From: Eledone cirrhosa
Lineage: Eukaryota
DNA: 64,000 bases
Assembly: GCA_964016885.1 (NCBI GenBank)
Contig: OZ024744.1
Span: 97,154,001 to 97,218,000 of the forward strand
Direction of reading: 5' to 3'
Shown in pieces: positions 45,891-55,908 of the stretch. A model generated the notes under the pieces. It made no database searches, was not told the origin of the DNA, and saw only the letters and a program-made list of their open reading frames with translations. Position 1 is the stretch's first letter; each line of letters starts with the position of its first letter. The translations under genes and the position numbers were made by a program.

Positions 45891-48020
45891 TTACCGTACT
45901 TTTGGTAGAGGAGGGATGGTTTTTACATCCCTTTTCACTTGATCGTCTGGTGAAGGGACCGTTGAATCGTCCCTTCGGCTGGTCGTCGGCTCTTCTAAGA
46001 GAATGTCTGAATATACTCTTCGATTGATGGTTCCTCCTAGGTCCCTGAAATCACCAACTGCGTTGGGGAATTTCGTTTTAATGTTTGTGTATTGTTTCTG
46101 TGCTATTTTTAGCAGTCTTATGTTAGTTGGCGTTTTGATTGGTGCTGGTATTATGTAGTCCTGTTGTGAAATGTCTGTGTGTTCAATTATGTAAGTCATT
46201 AGTTTCTTGTTGTGTGTGTTTATTGCCGTGCATTTGTTTTTCTGGGGGTGGGGTGTGGTTCTGCTATTTTCTTGTCGTTGTTGCTGGGTGTGTGTGTTTT
46301 GTTGTTGTGTTTGCGATGTTGGTGCTTGTGGTGGTGGTGTTGAAGGTGTTGTTGGCGGTGGGGTTGTCGCCGGTGGTGATGGTGGTGCTAGTGTGGGTGG
46401 TGATGGTGTTGGTGTTGTTGCTGCTGTGGGTCTCTTTGCAGTAGACTTTACCCTTTTCTCATTTCTTTCCTCCCTTTTCAAAGGCGACGATGCGCTGCTT
46501 CTGCGTTTGTGCCTTCTTGCGACCTTTTGCCATCCCTCTCCCACCTCACACTCCATGTCTGATTCTGTGAGGTCGGGGAGGGGTACCAGCTCCACTCTTT
46601 CACTTGTTGTTGTTGGTGATGTTTGCACTGGAGTCTCTGTTGCAGCTGCATTTGGTATTGCTGTTGTTGTTGTTAATATTTCCACTGCTGCTGCTGTCTT
46701 TGATTTCCGTGGAGTGGGTATGGGTGCCACGGACCTATCGTTCCTGGTTGCCGCTTGTCCTGTTGCTGGTAGCCGTGGAGCCGGATTCGGAAGGAGGGGG
46801 GTTTTCTCCTTTCTCAGGGTCTTCTCGTTGCAGAAGGCCCTGAGGTGAGTCTTCGATCCACAGCGAAAGCATTTCGGGCGTTTGCCCTCAACACTTATGG
46901 GCAGTTGAGTGCCGTTATCGAAGTCTATCACATCCGGGATAGCTTCGATGCACTCCTGGTTGGTTTGGATTAGCATCTCAATGGAGGAGCCGACCCAATC
47001 TTCTCTTACTTTTTTCTGTACTTGCAGTACAGTTGTTTTGTCCTCGATTCCGACGAGGACAGACGCGGCCAGCCAAGAAGGGGTCATTCCGGGGGGGACG
47101 TGGGTCAGTTTGACCCTCACAATTTTTTGCCCGCAGTAGGAGGGCACCAACACCATTTCCTCGCTGCTTAGGGTCACTACTGATTGGGCCTTTGCCTCCT
47201 GGGGTGTGGCAAAAAGTACGTCTACGGTGGCGTATTTTTTGCCTCGGGTGATGTGCGTTTTCCTCTGCCACACAGACCCCAAGGCTTTTTGTATTTGGGC
47301 CTCTGTGGCTCTTTCCACCCTACGGGATTTTGTACTTACTGTACGGTACGTGACCGTACAGTGCTCTTGGGTTTCGAAAAAATTTTTCGCTGCCTTGCAG
47401 ATTGCTCGGTGTCCGTTCTTTGTCACCATCTTCTTCGCTTCCTCTAATTCCTCATTTGTTATGAGGATTGTTTCCAAGTTTTTCGCAATACCTGCAAATG
47501 AGATTGGTTTGTCTCTGCTGTTGTTGTTGTCGTCAGAGCTGCTGGTACTTTTGTTGTTGCTGCAGGTACTACGACTACTGCCTCCGCCGCTGTTGCTGTG
47601 GTTGTTGTTGGTGTTGCTGCTGCTAATGCTGTTGTTGTTTATGCTGCTGGTGATGCTGTTGCGGCTGCTACTGTTGTTTTCATTGTCACTGTTGCTGTTG
47701 TTATTACGGCTGCTACTGCTATTATTCCTGACGTCAGACGAATGAACTGGGTTTTCGTATTTCCCGCACACCTGTTTCGTCGCTGTCGTCGTCGTCGTGG
47801 AGAAACTTTGCACGCTTTGCACGAGACTTTTCTTTTCTTTCGTCACTTGCGAAAGAGAAGGGAGGGAGAGAGACACATTTAAAGAAGGGAGGGAGAGAGA
47901 CAATCTTCTCTCTGCTGTAGTGATGATTGAGGAAGAAGAAGACGGAATGAGTGGGAGTGACGTATGAAATTTCTTTTTGGTAGCCATGTTTTTTTGTTTA
48001 AAATGAAATTTTGGGTACAA
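45891..48020 (-). CDS. ORF1p of copy 3 (709 aa)
   Basis: Near-identical to copy 1 ORF1. Confidence 0.9.
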   Translation of the reverse strand: MYPKFHFKQKNMATKKKFHTSLPLIPSSSSSIITTAERRLSLSLPSLNVSLSLPSLSQVTKEKKSLVQSVQSFSTTTTTATKQVCGKYENPVHSSDVRNNSSSSRNNNSNSDNENNSSSRNSITSSINNNSISSSNTNNNHSNSGGGSSRSTCSNNKSTSSSDDNNNSRDKPISFAGIAKNLETILITNEELEEAKKMVTKNGHRAICKAAKNFFETQEHCTVTYRTVSTKSRRVERATEAQIQKALGSVWQRKTHITRGKKYATVDVLFATPQEAKAQSVVTLSSEEMVLVPSYCGQKIVRVKLTHVPPGMTPSWLAASVLVGIEDKTTVLQVQKKVREDWVGSSIEMLIQTNQECIEAIPDVIDFDNGTQLPISVEGKRPKCFRCGSKTHLRAFCNEKTLRKEKTPLLPNPAPRLPATGQAATRNDRSVAPIPTPRKSKTAAAVEILTTTTAIPNAAATETPVQTSPTTTSERVELVPLPDLTESDMECEVGEGWQKVARRHKRRSSASSPLKREERNEKRVKSTAKRPTAATTPTPSPPTLAPPSPPATTPPPTTPSTPPPQAPTSQTQQQNTHTQQQRQENSRTTPHPQKNKCTAINTHNKKLMTYIIEHTDISQQDYIIPAPIKTPTNIRLLKIAQKQYTNIKTKFPNAVGDFRDLGGTINRRVYSDILLEEPTTSRRDDSTVPSPDDQVKRDVKTIPPLPKVR

Positions 48021-48207
48021 AACCCCAATAACTGGTTATTTAACCCCGAAGGGCCAAATAACGGACAGAAAGACCCCTCTCACGAGGAGGAGGGTGTCTT
48101 TATCAACAATTTGGTTCAAGTTTTAAACAATTTACAATTGTTTTAACGGTTAAAAATTACTATACCTTACAGAGCCGAGCCTCCGTCAACCATGGCATTC
48201 AATAATC

Positions 48208-48209
<2 letters not shown>

Positions 48210-48239
<30 letters not shown>

Positions 48240-48387
48240 TGTGTCTACTATTGGCACAAGGCCAGCAATTTTCCAGTACATTACTGGTACTTTATTTTAT
48301 CGATCCAGTAAGGATGAAAGGCAAAGTTAACCTCGTCGGGATTTGAACTCAGATTATAAAGAGCCGTAACTCTTTGCTGCAAAGCCA
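48210..48387 (-). mobile_element. 5'-truncated SINE with (ATT)10 tail between array copies 3 and 4
   Basis: Same family as 8125-8949; retains the B box GAGTTCAAATCCC and lacks the head. Confidence 0.9.
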
Positions 48388-48659
48388 AATAATAATGATT
48401 TCTTTATTAACCACAAGGGTTTACATAAAGTAGACATTAAGGACAGTGCAGGACAATGCAGGACGGTACAAATGGGCATTTCTGCGTGTAAAAAAAACAA
48501 AAACAGAGGATGTAACAAAAATAACAATGAAAATAACAATGAAAAATTCCCCAATAGGGGGGAGACTTCGGAGGGACATTTGTGGAGAAAGCCCAGTAAA
48601 AAGCCACAATGACCCTGACCACCAAGGCAAGTGCCCTCTCCCAGTTTTCCACCTTTAGT

Positions 48660-51600
48660 TTACAGATATATACTCAGAGTCGGCCCATTCACTCGGGCCA
48701 TTCTTGCTTCTCTCACCCATCTTTCAACAAAATGCTGGGAAGAGAGCACTTCCTTCTCTACTCTGATTTTCCTTTTCAAATGAAATTTGAAAAAGTCAAT
48801 CAGAGCATCACCGAAGAGGTAAGTGCTCGTCTTCAGCCCTTTCAAACGTGTCCACCATACTATCTCTTTCGCCATGGCCACCAGACAGATAAAAACTGCC
48901 TGCCCTTCCCGGCTAAAGGAGGAGGGCGGGGCAATCCTCACGATGGACTCAGATGATAGCTGGATCCGTCCTAAACGCGACAGCAGGTGTTCGACATAAA
49001 CCCACAAGTCAGCAATTTTCGGACACTGGACGAGTGCGTGCAGGACGGTTTCGTCGCCCTGCGCGCATCTCGGACATGCCCGGCTGACGGCACCTCCATG
49101 CCTGTAGAGTTTATCCCGAACTGGCAAGGCTCCTCGGTAGCACTGCCAGGCCAGAGATTTCTGGAAGTTGTCCATAGGCCCTGGCCCGAAAGTTCTTCCG
49201 AAGAGATTGGCTAGTTGATTTTCGTCGACGCCTAGAGTTTCCCCAAGTACGTCGTCGCTCTTCCCCTCCACTAATCCTCTATAGAACGCCGAGGTGGAGT
49301 TTCCACCGATCACATTGCCCGATTGGTCGAGGGCTGTGAGCGCCTGAAGACATTCCAGTCTCCAGGCGCTCCCTCTCGGTCTTCGCTTGACCCAGGACTG
49401 CAGCTCCGTCAAGGAAACGAGCTGGGGAAAAACGCGTCTAGCAAACGGCGACCACACCTGATCACCGTCGAGGAAGAGGTGGAGATGTCGTAGCCTGAGC
49501 GCGTGCCTGCGCATCATCAGCCACGGCATGCCCAGCCCTCCACGTAGCGGGTGTTGACAACAGATGGACCGCCTGACCATCGGAGCACGTCCCTTCCACA
49601 AAAAGCGAAAGAGCAAACGCTCCAGCGCAGTCAGGCGAGGCTTAGGACAAGGTACGACGGTTAGGCGGTAGCAGATGACAGACGCGATGTACGCGTTAGC
49701 CACCTCCGCTCGACCTTTCAGGGATAGCTTCCTCTCCGCCCATTTCTGGGTGAGAGAAGCCACCCTGCTCGTCACCTCGTCCCAGTTTTTGTCCGTCTGG
49801 AGGTCCGGACCGAACCAGACCCCTAGCAATTTAACCGGTCCGTCCGTCCAGCGCCCGACGACGCTGTTGGACGGCATGGACCTGCCTCTCCAGGTGCCGA
49901 GCTGCAGGCCCACTGACTTTTCCTGGTTGATCATTGCTCCTGTCACCGCTTCGTATTCTCTTAGTGTAGTGCCGATCGCCTCGATGTGTTTGGCGTTCGA
50001 CACCACTACGGTGACATCGTCCGCATATGCTGACACGGATCTTCCGCATCCTAGTTCGCGCGGGACTCCCCTCAACGTCTCCAGTTTGTGCAGTAATGGC
50101 TCGAGAGTCAATACGTACAAGAGGGACGAGAGGGGACATCCTTGGCGGACCGAGCGCATGATGTTGAACGGTTCCGACAGGTGACCGTTCACTCTCACCA
50201 CAGAGCAGATGTCGCTGTGCATGGCAGCGATCCAGCCTCTGAAGACGGGCCCAAAGCCAGCCGCCCTCAGGACTGCCGCTAGGTAACGATGGTCGACCCT
50301 ATCGAAAGCTTTCGACTGATCTAAATTGATCAAGGACCCACCCGTGCCAGGTTCCCTAGCTACCCTCTCTACGATGTATCGCATGAGGTGGAGGTTGTCG
50401 TGGATGGATCTGTCGGGAATGGCGCATGTCTGCGCCTCTCCCACCAGACCACCAACGACAAGCGCCAACCTCTTTGCTAGCACCTTGGCCAAAATCTTAA
50501 ACTCTGTGTTTAGCAGAGTTATGGGCCGGAAATTGTCTATGTTATCCCCCTTGTTCGGATCCTTTCTCAGCAGTGCCACCGCTCCTCGGCTCACAGAACT
50601 GGGAATTCTCCCGTTCTGTTGCCAGTTGCAGTAGACGTCCGCCAAGAGGCCTCCGAACAAGTCTGGCATCTGTACGTAAAGTTCATAGGGCAGACCATCC
50701 AAACCAGGCGATTTACCCCTTGTGCAGCCAGTCATTGCCTCCCTTACTTCAGCGGCTGTTATCGGCTTTTCGCAACACTTCGCCTCAGTGGCCGAGAGCC
50801 GCGGCAGTCCGTCGAGGTAGACACTAAAGTCCATCCCTCTACCCGGCCCCCCGCTGCCCCCGAACAGCTGAGCGAAGTGTTGCTGAAAAGCTTCACACAT
50901 TTGCCCGGGATCGAGTAGCATGCGCCCGTCGTGGTCCACCAAAGACCGGATCGTGGCTTTGTTGCCACGACGCGCCTCCGCCACTCGGGCCCATTGAACG
51001 GCTTTCGTCCCCTCGTGTCTGAGAGCACGCACCTTAGCTCTGACAACGCAGCCTTCGTGCTTTGCATTGAAGAATTGGTCAAGGGCCAATTTCGCCGCAA
51101 GCACGTCGGTCGCAATGCCTTTGCTAAGCGCCTCGTCTAATTTTCTAACTAGTTCTCCCTCTGCTCTATTTTTCTCTATTGCTAAAGCCTTACTAAACCT
51201 AATCGATTCTATTCTAATCGCTCTTTTCAGAGCAAACCACCACTTGTTGTTGACGATGGCCCCCGTCAACGCCCGCTTAACTAGTTCGCTAATCCGGTCT
51301 CTGTAGGCCTTGCGCGCTGGTAAGGACGCGTTTAGCTTCCAGTAGCCGGGTCCTCGTCTATGAAGCCTATCTAAGTCAAGCACACAGATCACAAATTTGT
51401 GGTCCGTGTAGCTGACTATCTTGAATTGTGGACAGCCTATGCTAGACCTATCTATTTCCCTACAAAATACTCTATCTAGATATGATCTGGATGACCCTAT
51501 GCGGTTTGTCCAAGTCCACATTGGCACATTCGGGAAATCCAATCGGTACCTGTCAGACAGTTCAAAACGCCTGAGCAGGTTGGTGAGGCTCTTGCACCCT

Positions 51601-52079
51601 CCACCCCTATCCGCTAATCCCACACAGTCCCAGCGTGCATCTAAGATCCCGTTCCAGTCGCCCACTAACACTAAAGAGCGGGACGTTCCAAGAAAGGTCT
51701 CCAGACGCCGGAAGAAATCAGGCCGCCCTGCTCCTGTCGGGGCATAGACGGCCACTAGCCTGAAAGCTTGCCCGTCTCCGCTGGTCACGTCCAGCACCAC
51801 CAGCTTACCCTCTGGGTCCAGGAAGATGGCCCGTATGGCGAGATCCAAACCTCTCCGAAAAAGCACAGCAACTCCTCCACCCGATCCAGGACGGCTGGGA
51901 GATGCGTACACATCGTAGCCGCCGAAGATCGGTACGAAGGCCCGTGCTTCGGAGATTCTGGTCTCGCTGATGGCCACTACATCTATGTTTAGTGACCTGA
52001 GGTCGTTGAGCAGGTGACCCTGCTTCCATGACGACCCCAAGCCACGCGCATTTATGCTGCCTATTCTGAGTGAGGTCAT
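48660..52079 (-). CDS. ORF2p of copy 4 (1139 aa)
   Basis: APE-RT-ZnF motifs as in copy 1. Confidence 0.96.
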   Translation of the reverse strand: MTSLRIGSINARGLGSSWKQGHLLNDLRSLNIDVVAISETRISEARAFVPIFGGYDVYASPSRPGSGGGVAVLFRRGLDLAIRAIFLDPEGKLVVLDVTSGDGQAFRLVAVYAPTGAGRPDFFRRLETFLGTSRSLVLVGDWNGILDARWDCVGLADRGGGCKSLTNLLRRFELSDRYRLDFPNVPMWTWTNRIGSSRSYLDRVFCREIDRSSIGCPQFKIVSYTDHKFVICVLDLDRLHRRGPGYWKLNASLPARKAYRDRISELVKRALTGAIVNNKWWFALKRAIRIESIRFSKALAIEKNRAEGELVRKLDEALSKGIATDVLAAKLALDQFFNAKHEGCVVRAKVRALRHEGTKAVQWARVAEARRGNKATIRSLVDHDGRMLLDPGQMCEAFQQHFAQLFGGSGGPGRGMDFSVYLDGLPRLSATEAKCCEKPITAAEVREAMTGCTRGKSPGLDGLPYELYVQMPDLFGGLLADVYCNWQQNGRIPSSVSRGAVALLRKDPNKGDNIDNFRPITLLNTEFKILAKVLAKRLALVVGGLVGEAQTCAIPDRSIHDNLHLMRYIVERVAREPGTGGSLINLDQSKAFDRVDHRYLAAVLRAAGFGPVFRGWIAAMHSDICSVVRVNGHLSEPFNIMRSVRQGCPLSSLLYVLTLEPLLHKLETLRGVPRELGCGRSVSAYADDVTVVVSNAKHIEAIGTTLREYEAVTGAMINQEKSVGLQLGTWRGRSMPSNSVVGRWTDGPVKLLGVWFGPDLQTDKNWDEVTSRVASLTQKWAERKLSLKGRAEVANAYIASVICYRLTVVPCPKPRLTALERLLFRFLWKGRAPMVRRSICCQHPLRGGLGMPWLMMRRHALRLRHLHLFLDGDQVWSPFARRVFPQLVSLTELQSWVKRRPRGSAWRLECLQALTALDQSGNVIGGNSTSAFYRGLVEGKSDDVLGETLGVDENQLANLFGRTFGPGPMDNFQKSLAWQCYRGALPVRDKLYRHGGAVSRACPRCAQGDETVLHALVQCPKIADLWVYVEHLLSRLGRIQLSSESIVRIAPPSSFSREGQAVFICLVAMAKEIVWWTRLKGLKTSTYLFGDALIDFFKFHLKRKIRVEKEVLSSQHFVERWVREARMARVNGPTLSIYL

Positions 52080-52114
52080 GTTTAAAATAGAGTGGAAAAG
52101 ATGGGAAAGACCAC

Positions 52115-54238
52115 TTACCGTACTTTTGGTAGAGGAGGGATGGTTTTTACATCCCTTTTCACTTGATCGTCTGGTGAAGGGACCGTTGAATCGTCCCTTC
52201 GGCTGGTCGTCGGCTCTTCTAAGAGAATGTCTGAGTATACTCTTCGATTGATGGTTCCTCCTAGGTCCCTGAAATCACCAACTGCGTTGGGGAATTTCGT
52301 TTTAATGTTTGTGTATTGTTTCTGTGCTATTTTTAGCAGTCTTATGTTAGTTGGCGTTTTGATTGGTGCTGGTATTATGTAGTCCTGTTGTGAAATGTCT
52401 GTGTGTTCAATTATGTAAGTCATTAGTTTCTTGTTGTGTGTATTTATTGCCGTGCATTTGTTTTTCTGGGGGTGGGGTGTGGTTCTGCTATTTTCTTGTC
52501 GTTGTTGCTGGGTGTGTGTGTTTTGTTGTTGTGTTTGCGATGTTGGTGCTTGTGGTGTTGAAGGTGTTGTTGGCGGTGGGGTTGTCGCCGGTGGTGATGG
52601 TGGTGCTGGTGTGGGTGGTGATGGTGTTGGTGGTGTTGCTGCTGTGGGTCTCTTTGCAGTAGACTTTACCCTTTTCTCATTTCTTTCCTCCCTTTTCAAA
52701 GGCGACGATGCGCTGCTTCTGCGTTTGTGCCTTCTTGAGACCTTTTGCCATCCCTCTCCCACCTCACACTCCATGTCTGATTCTGTAAGGTCGGGGAGGG
52801 GTACCAGCTCCACTCTTTCACTTGTTGTTGTTGGTGATGTTTGCACTGGAGTCTCTGTTGCAGCTGCATTTGGTATTGCTGTTGTTGTTGTTAATATTTC
52901 CACTGCTGCTGCTGTCTTTGATTTCCGTGGAGTGGGTATGGGTGCCACGGACCTATCGTTCCTGGTTGCCGCTTGTCCTGTTGCTGGTAGCCGTGGAACC
53001 GGATTCGGGAGGAGGGGGGTTTTCTCCTTTCTCAGGGTCTTCTCGTTGCAGAAGGCCCTGAGGTGAGTCTTCGATCCACAGCGAAAGCATTTCGGGCGTT
53101 TGCCCTCAACACTTATGGGCAGTTGAGTGCCGTTATCGAAGTCTATCACATCCGGGATAGCTTCGATGCACTCCTGGTTGGTTTGGATTAGCATCTCAAT
53201 GGAGGAGCCGACCCAATCTTCTCTTACTTTTTTCTGTACTTGCAGTACAGTTGTTTTGTCCTCGATTCCGACGAGGACAGACGCGGCCAGCCAAGAAGGG
53301 GTCATTCCGGGGGGGACGTGGGTCAGTTTGACCCTCACAATTTTTTGCCCGCAGTAGGAGGGCACCAACACCATTTCCTCGCTGCTTAGGGTCACTACTG
53401 ATTGGGCCTTTGCCTCCTGGGGTGTGGCAAAAAGTACGTCTACGGTGGCGTATTTTTTGCCTCGGGTGATGTGCGTTTTCCTCTGCCACACAGACCCCAA
53501 GGCTTTTTGTATTTGGGCCTCTGTGGCTCTTTCCACCCTACGGGATTTTGTACTTACTGTACGGTACGTGACCGTACAGTGCTCTTGGGTTTCGAAAAAA
53601 TTTTTCGCTGCCTTGCAGATTGCTCGGTGTCCGTTCTTTGTCACCATCTTCTTCGCTTCCTCTAATTCCTCATTTGTTATGAGGATTGTTTCCAGGTTTT
53701 TCGCAATACCTGCAAATGAGATTGGTTTTTCTCTGCTGTTGTTGTTGTCGTCAGAGCTGCTGGTACTTTTGTTGTTGCTGCAGGTACTACGACTACTGCC
53801 TCCGCCGCTGTTGCTGTGGTTGTTGTTGGTGTTGCTGCTGCTAATGCTGTTGTTGTTTATGCTGCTGGTGATGCTGTTGCGGCTGCTACTGTTGTTTTCA
53901 TTGTCACTGTTGCTGTTGTTATTACGGCTGCTACTGCTATTATTCCTGACGTCAGACGAATGAACTGGGTTTTCGTATTTCCCGCACACCTGTTTCGTCG
54001 CTGTCGTCGTCGTCGTGGAGAAACTTTGCACGCTTTGCACGAGACTTTTCTTTTCTTTCGTCACTTGCGAAAGAGAAGGGAGGGAGAGAGACACATTTAA
54101 AGAAGGGAGGGAGAGAGACAATCTTCTCTCTGCTGTAGTGATGATTGAGGAAGAAGAAGACGGAATGAGTGGGAGTGACGTATGAAATTTCTTTTTGGTA
54201 GCCATGTTTTTTTGTTTAAAATGAAATTTTGGGTACAA
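52115..54238 (-). CDS. ORF1p of copy 4 (707 aa)
   Basis: Near-identical to copy 1 ORF1, with a 2-codon deletion in the Pro-rich tract. Confidence 0.9.
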   Translation of the reverse strand: MYPKFHFKQKNMATKKKFHTSLPLIPSSSSSIITTAERRLSLSLPSLNVSLSLPSLSQVTKEKKSLVQSVQSFSTTTTTATKQVCGKYENPVHSSDVRNNSSSSRNNNSNSDNENNSSSRNSITSSINNNSISSSNTNNNHSNSGGGSSRSTCSNNKSTSSSDDNNNSREKPISFAGIAKNLETILITNEELEEAKKMVTKNGHRAICKAAKNFFETQEHCTVTYRTVSTKSRRVERATEAQIQKALGSVWQRKTHITRGKKYATVDVLFATPQEAKAQSVVTLSSEEMVLVPSYCGQKIVRVKLTHVPPGMTPSWLAASVLVGIEDKTTVLQVQKKVREDWVGSSIEMLIQTNQECIEAIPDVIDFDNGTQLPISVEGKRPKCFRCGSKTHLRAFCNEKTLRKEKTPLLPNPVPRLPATGQAATRNDRSVAPIPTPRKSKTAAAVEILTTTTAIPNAAATETPVQTSPTTTSERVELVPLPDLTESDMECEVGEGWQKVSRRHKRRSSASSPLKREERNEKRVKSTAKRPTAATPPTPSPPTPAPPSPPATTPPPTTPSTPQAPTSQTQQQNTHTQQQRQENSRTTPHPQKNKCTAINTHNKKLMTYIIEHTDISQQDYIIPAPIKTPTNIRLLKIAQKQYTNIKTKFPNAVGDFRDLGGTINRRVYSDILLEEPTTSRRDDSTVPSPDDQVKRDVKTIPPLPKVR

Positions 54239-54425
54239 AACCCCAATAACTGGTTATTTAACCCCGAAGGGCCAAATAACGGACAGAAAGACCCCTCTCA
54301 CGAGGAGGAGGGTGTCTTTATCAACAATTTGGTTCAAGTTTTAAACAATTTACAATTGTTTTAACGGTTAAAAATTACTATACCTTACAGAGCCGAGCCT
54401 CCGTCAACCATGGCATTCAATAATC

Positions 54426-54427
<2 letters not shown>

Positions 54428-54457
<30 letters not shown>

Positions 54458-54605
54458 TGTGTCTACTATTGGCACAAGGCCAGCAATTTTCCAGTACATT
54501 ACTGGTACTTTATTTTATCGATCCAGTAAGGATGAAAGGCAAAGTTAACCTCGTCGGGATTTGAACTCAGATTATAAAGAGCCGTAACTCTTTGCTGCAA
54601 AGCCA
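54428..54605 (-). mobile_element. 5'-truncated SINE, identical to the copy at 48210-48387
   Basis: By eye, base-for-base repeat including the truncation point and the AATAATCTT(AAT)10 flank. Confidence 0.9.
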
Positions 54606-54709
54606 AATAATAATAATAATAAATTATATATATATATACGCACACACTCACACACACACACGCGCGCACACACATCTATATATACATATACACATACAAA
54701 TACATAACA

Positions 54710-54902
54710 ATTAACGGTGCTGAGATCGAATGTGGCTTTTTAACCAAGCCAATGATCTAAAATGTATTGCATAGAGTTGTTAACCAAAACATTCACTGGC
54801 AGTAGCCGGCTGTTGTTGGAATTCATGTACCTTTGCATGTCGTTTGAGCCCTCCTGCTGATCTACACATGCTTGGCAGGCATGATGAGTAGCATCTCCTG
54901 TA
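54710..54902 (-). mobile_element. Probable RTE-type LINE 3' fragment (terminal C2H2-like finger)
   Basis: Minus-strand translation CLPSMCRSAGGLKRHAKVH resembles the C-terminal finger of RTE-clade ORFs. Very short. Confidence 0.4.
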
Positions 54903-54904
54903 AC

Positions 54905-55405
54905 ATACATACACACATACATACATACATACATACATACATACATACATACATACATACATACATACATACATACATTCATACATTCATACATACATAC
55001 ATGGTGGCTGCCAACTCGTTTTCGAGTACGGCCACTACTTTATATCCATGTAGGAGAACCGCTACCGATGCGCTGAACGAGTGTGACTTTTTAGTCCAGC
55101 CAGCCACTTGAAAACTCTGGTACAAACACTACACTTGTGACAATTATTGACACATAGTGCTGGGCCCATGGTACCATGTGACGACAAGTGCAGAGAGATC
55201 TCCAGATATAAAGCAATGCCTGTACCGTGAAGCTTTTATAGTGAGCAAAGGAACTGCACAAAGCCAGTCCCACTCTCTTAACCAAGATAATATTTACCAA
55301 AAAGAAGAACAAGTCAACATCATTGGATACCATCAGGGTTGCAGGTGTTATATCAGAGTTTTCCTTCTCCTAGAATTCTGCCTTGACAAAGGATAAGGGT
55401 CATCA
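54905..55405 (-). mobile_element. Short RTE-related non-autonomous element with (ATGT)n tail
   Basis: Minus-strand CTAGGAGAAGGAAAACTCTGA resembles an RTE 5'-UTR motif (from recall). A related diverged copy lies at 55909-56190 and a similar 3' tip at ~12615-12661. Confidence 0.5.
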
Positions 55406-55480
55406 CATACATACATACATACATACATACATACATACATACATACATACATACATACATACATACATACATACATACAT

Positions 55481-55904
55481 AATTCATAGTCTACAAATGG
55501 CTGCGATAGCTGGCACCTTCAAAATTTGCAAAACATTCTTGCGATTCAAGGGATGACAATTTCTTTTCTATTACAACCTTGCCACCAGGAAGGTGGCCGG
55601 TCAAAAAAATATACTCGAAATTAAGAGAAAGAGATAACATACATACATACATACATACATACATACATACATACATACATACATACATACATAATTCATA
55701 GTCTACAAATGGCTGCGATAGCTGGCACCTTCAAAATTTGCAAAACATTCTTGCGATTCAAGGGATGACAATTTCTTTTCTATTACAACCTTGCCACCAG
55801 GAAGGTGGCCGGTCAAAAAAATATACTCGAAATTAAGAGAAAGAGATAACATACATACATACATACATACATACATACATACATACATACATACATACAT
55901 ACAT
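55481..55904. repeat. 212-bp direct tandem duplication (unique ~158 bp plus (ATAC)n)
   Basis: AATTCATAGTCTACAAATGG...GAGATAAC occurs at 55481 and 55693. Confidence 0.95.
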
Positions 55905-55908
55905 ACAT

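Larger units (their letters stand above)
42180..48200 (-). mobile_element. Full-length L1/Tx1-like LINE, array copy 3 (chimeric 3' end)
   Basis: Matches copy 1 from 48200 to ~43635, then has a divergent ORF2 C-terminus and a different 3' UTR. Confidence 0.95.
48397..54418 (-). mobile_element. Full-length L1/Tx1-like LINE, array copy 4 (intact)
   Basis: Same termini as copy 1; both ORFs open. Confidence 0.96.
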
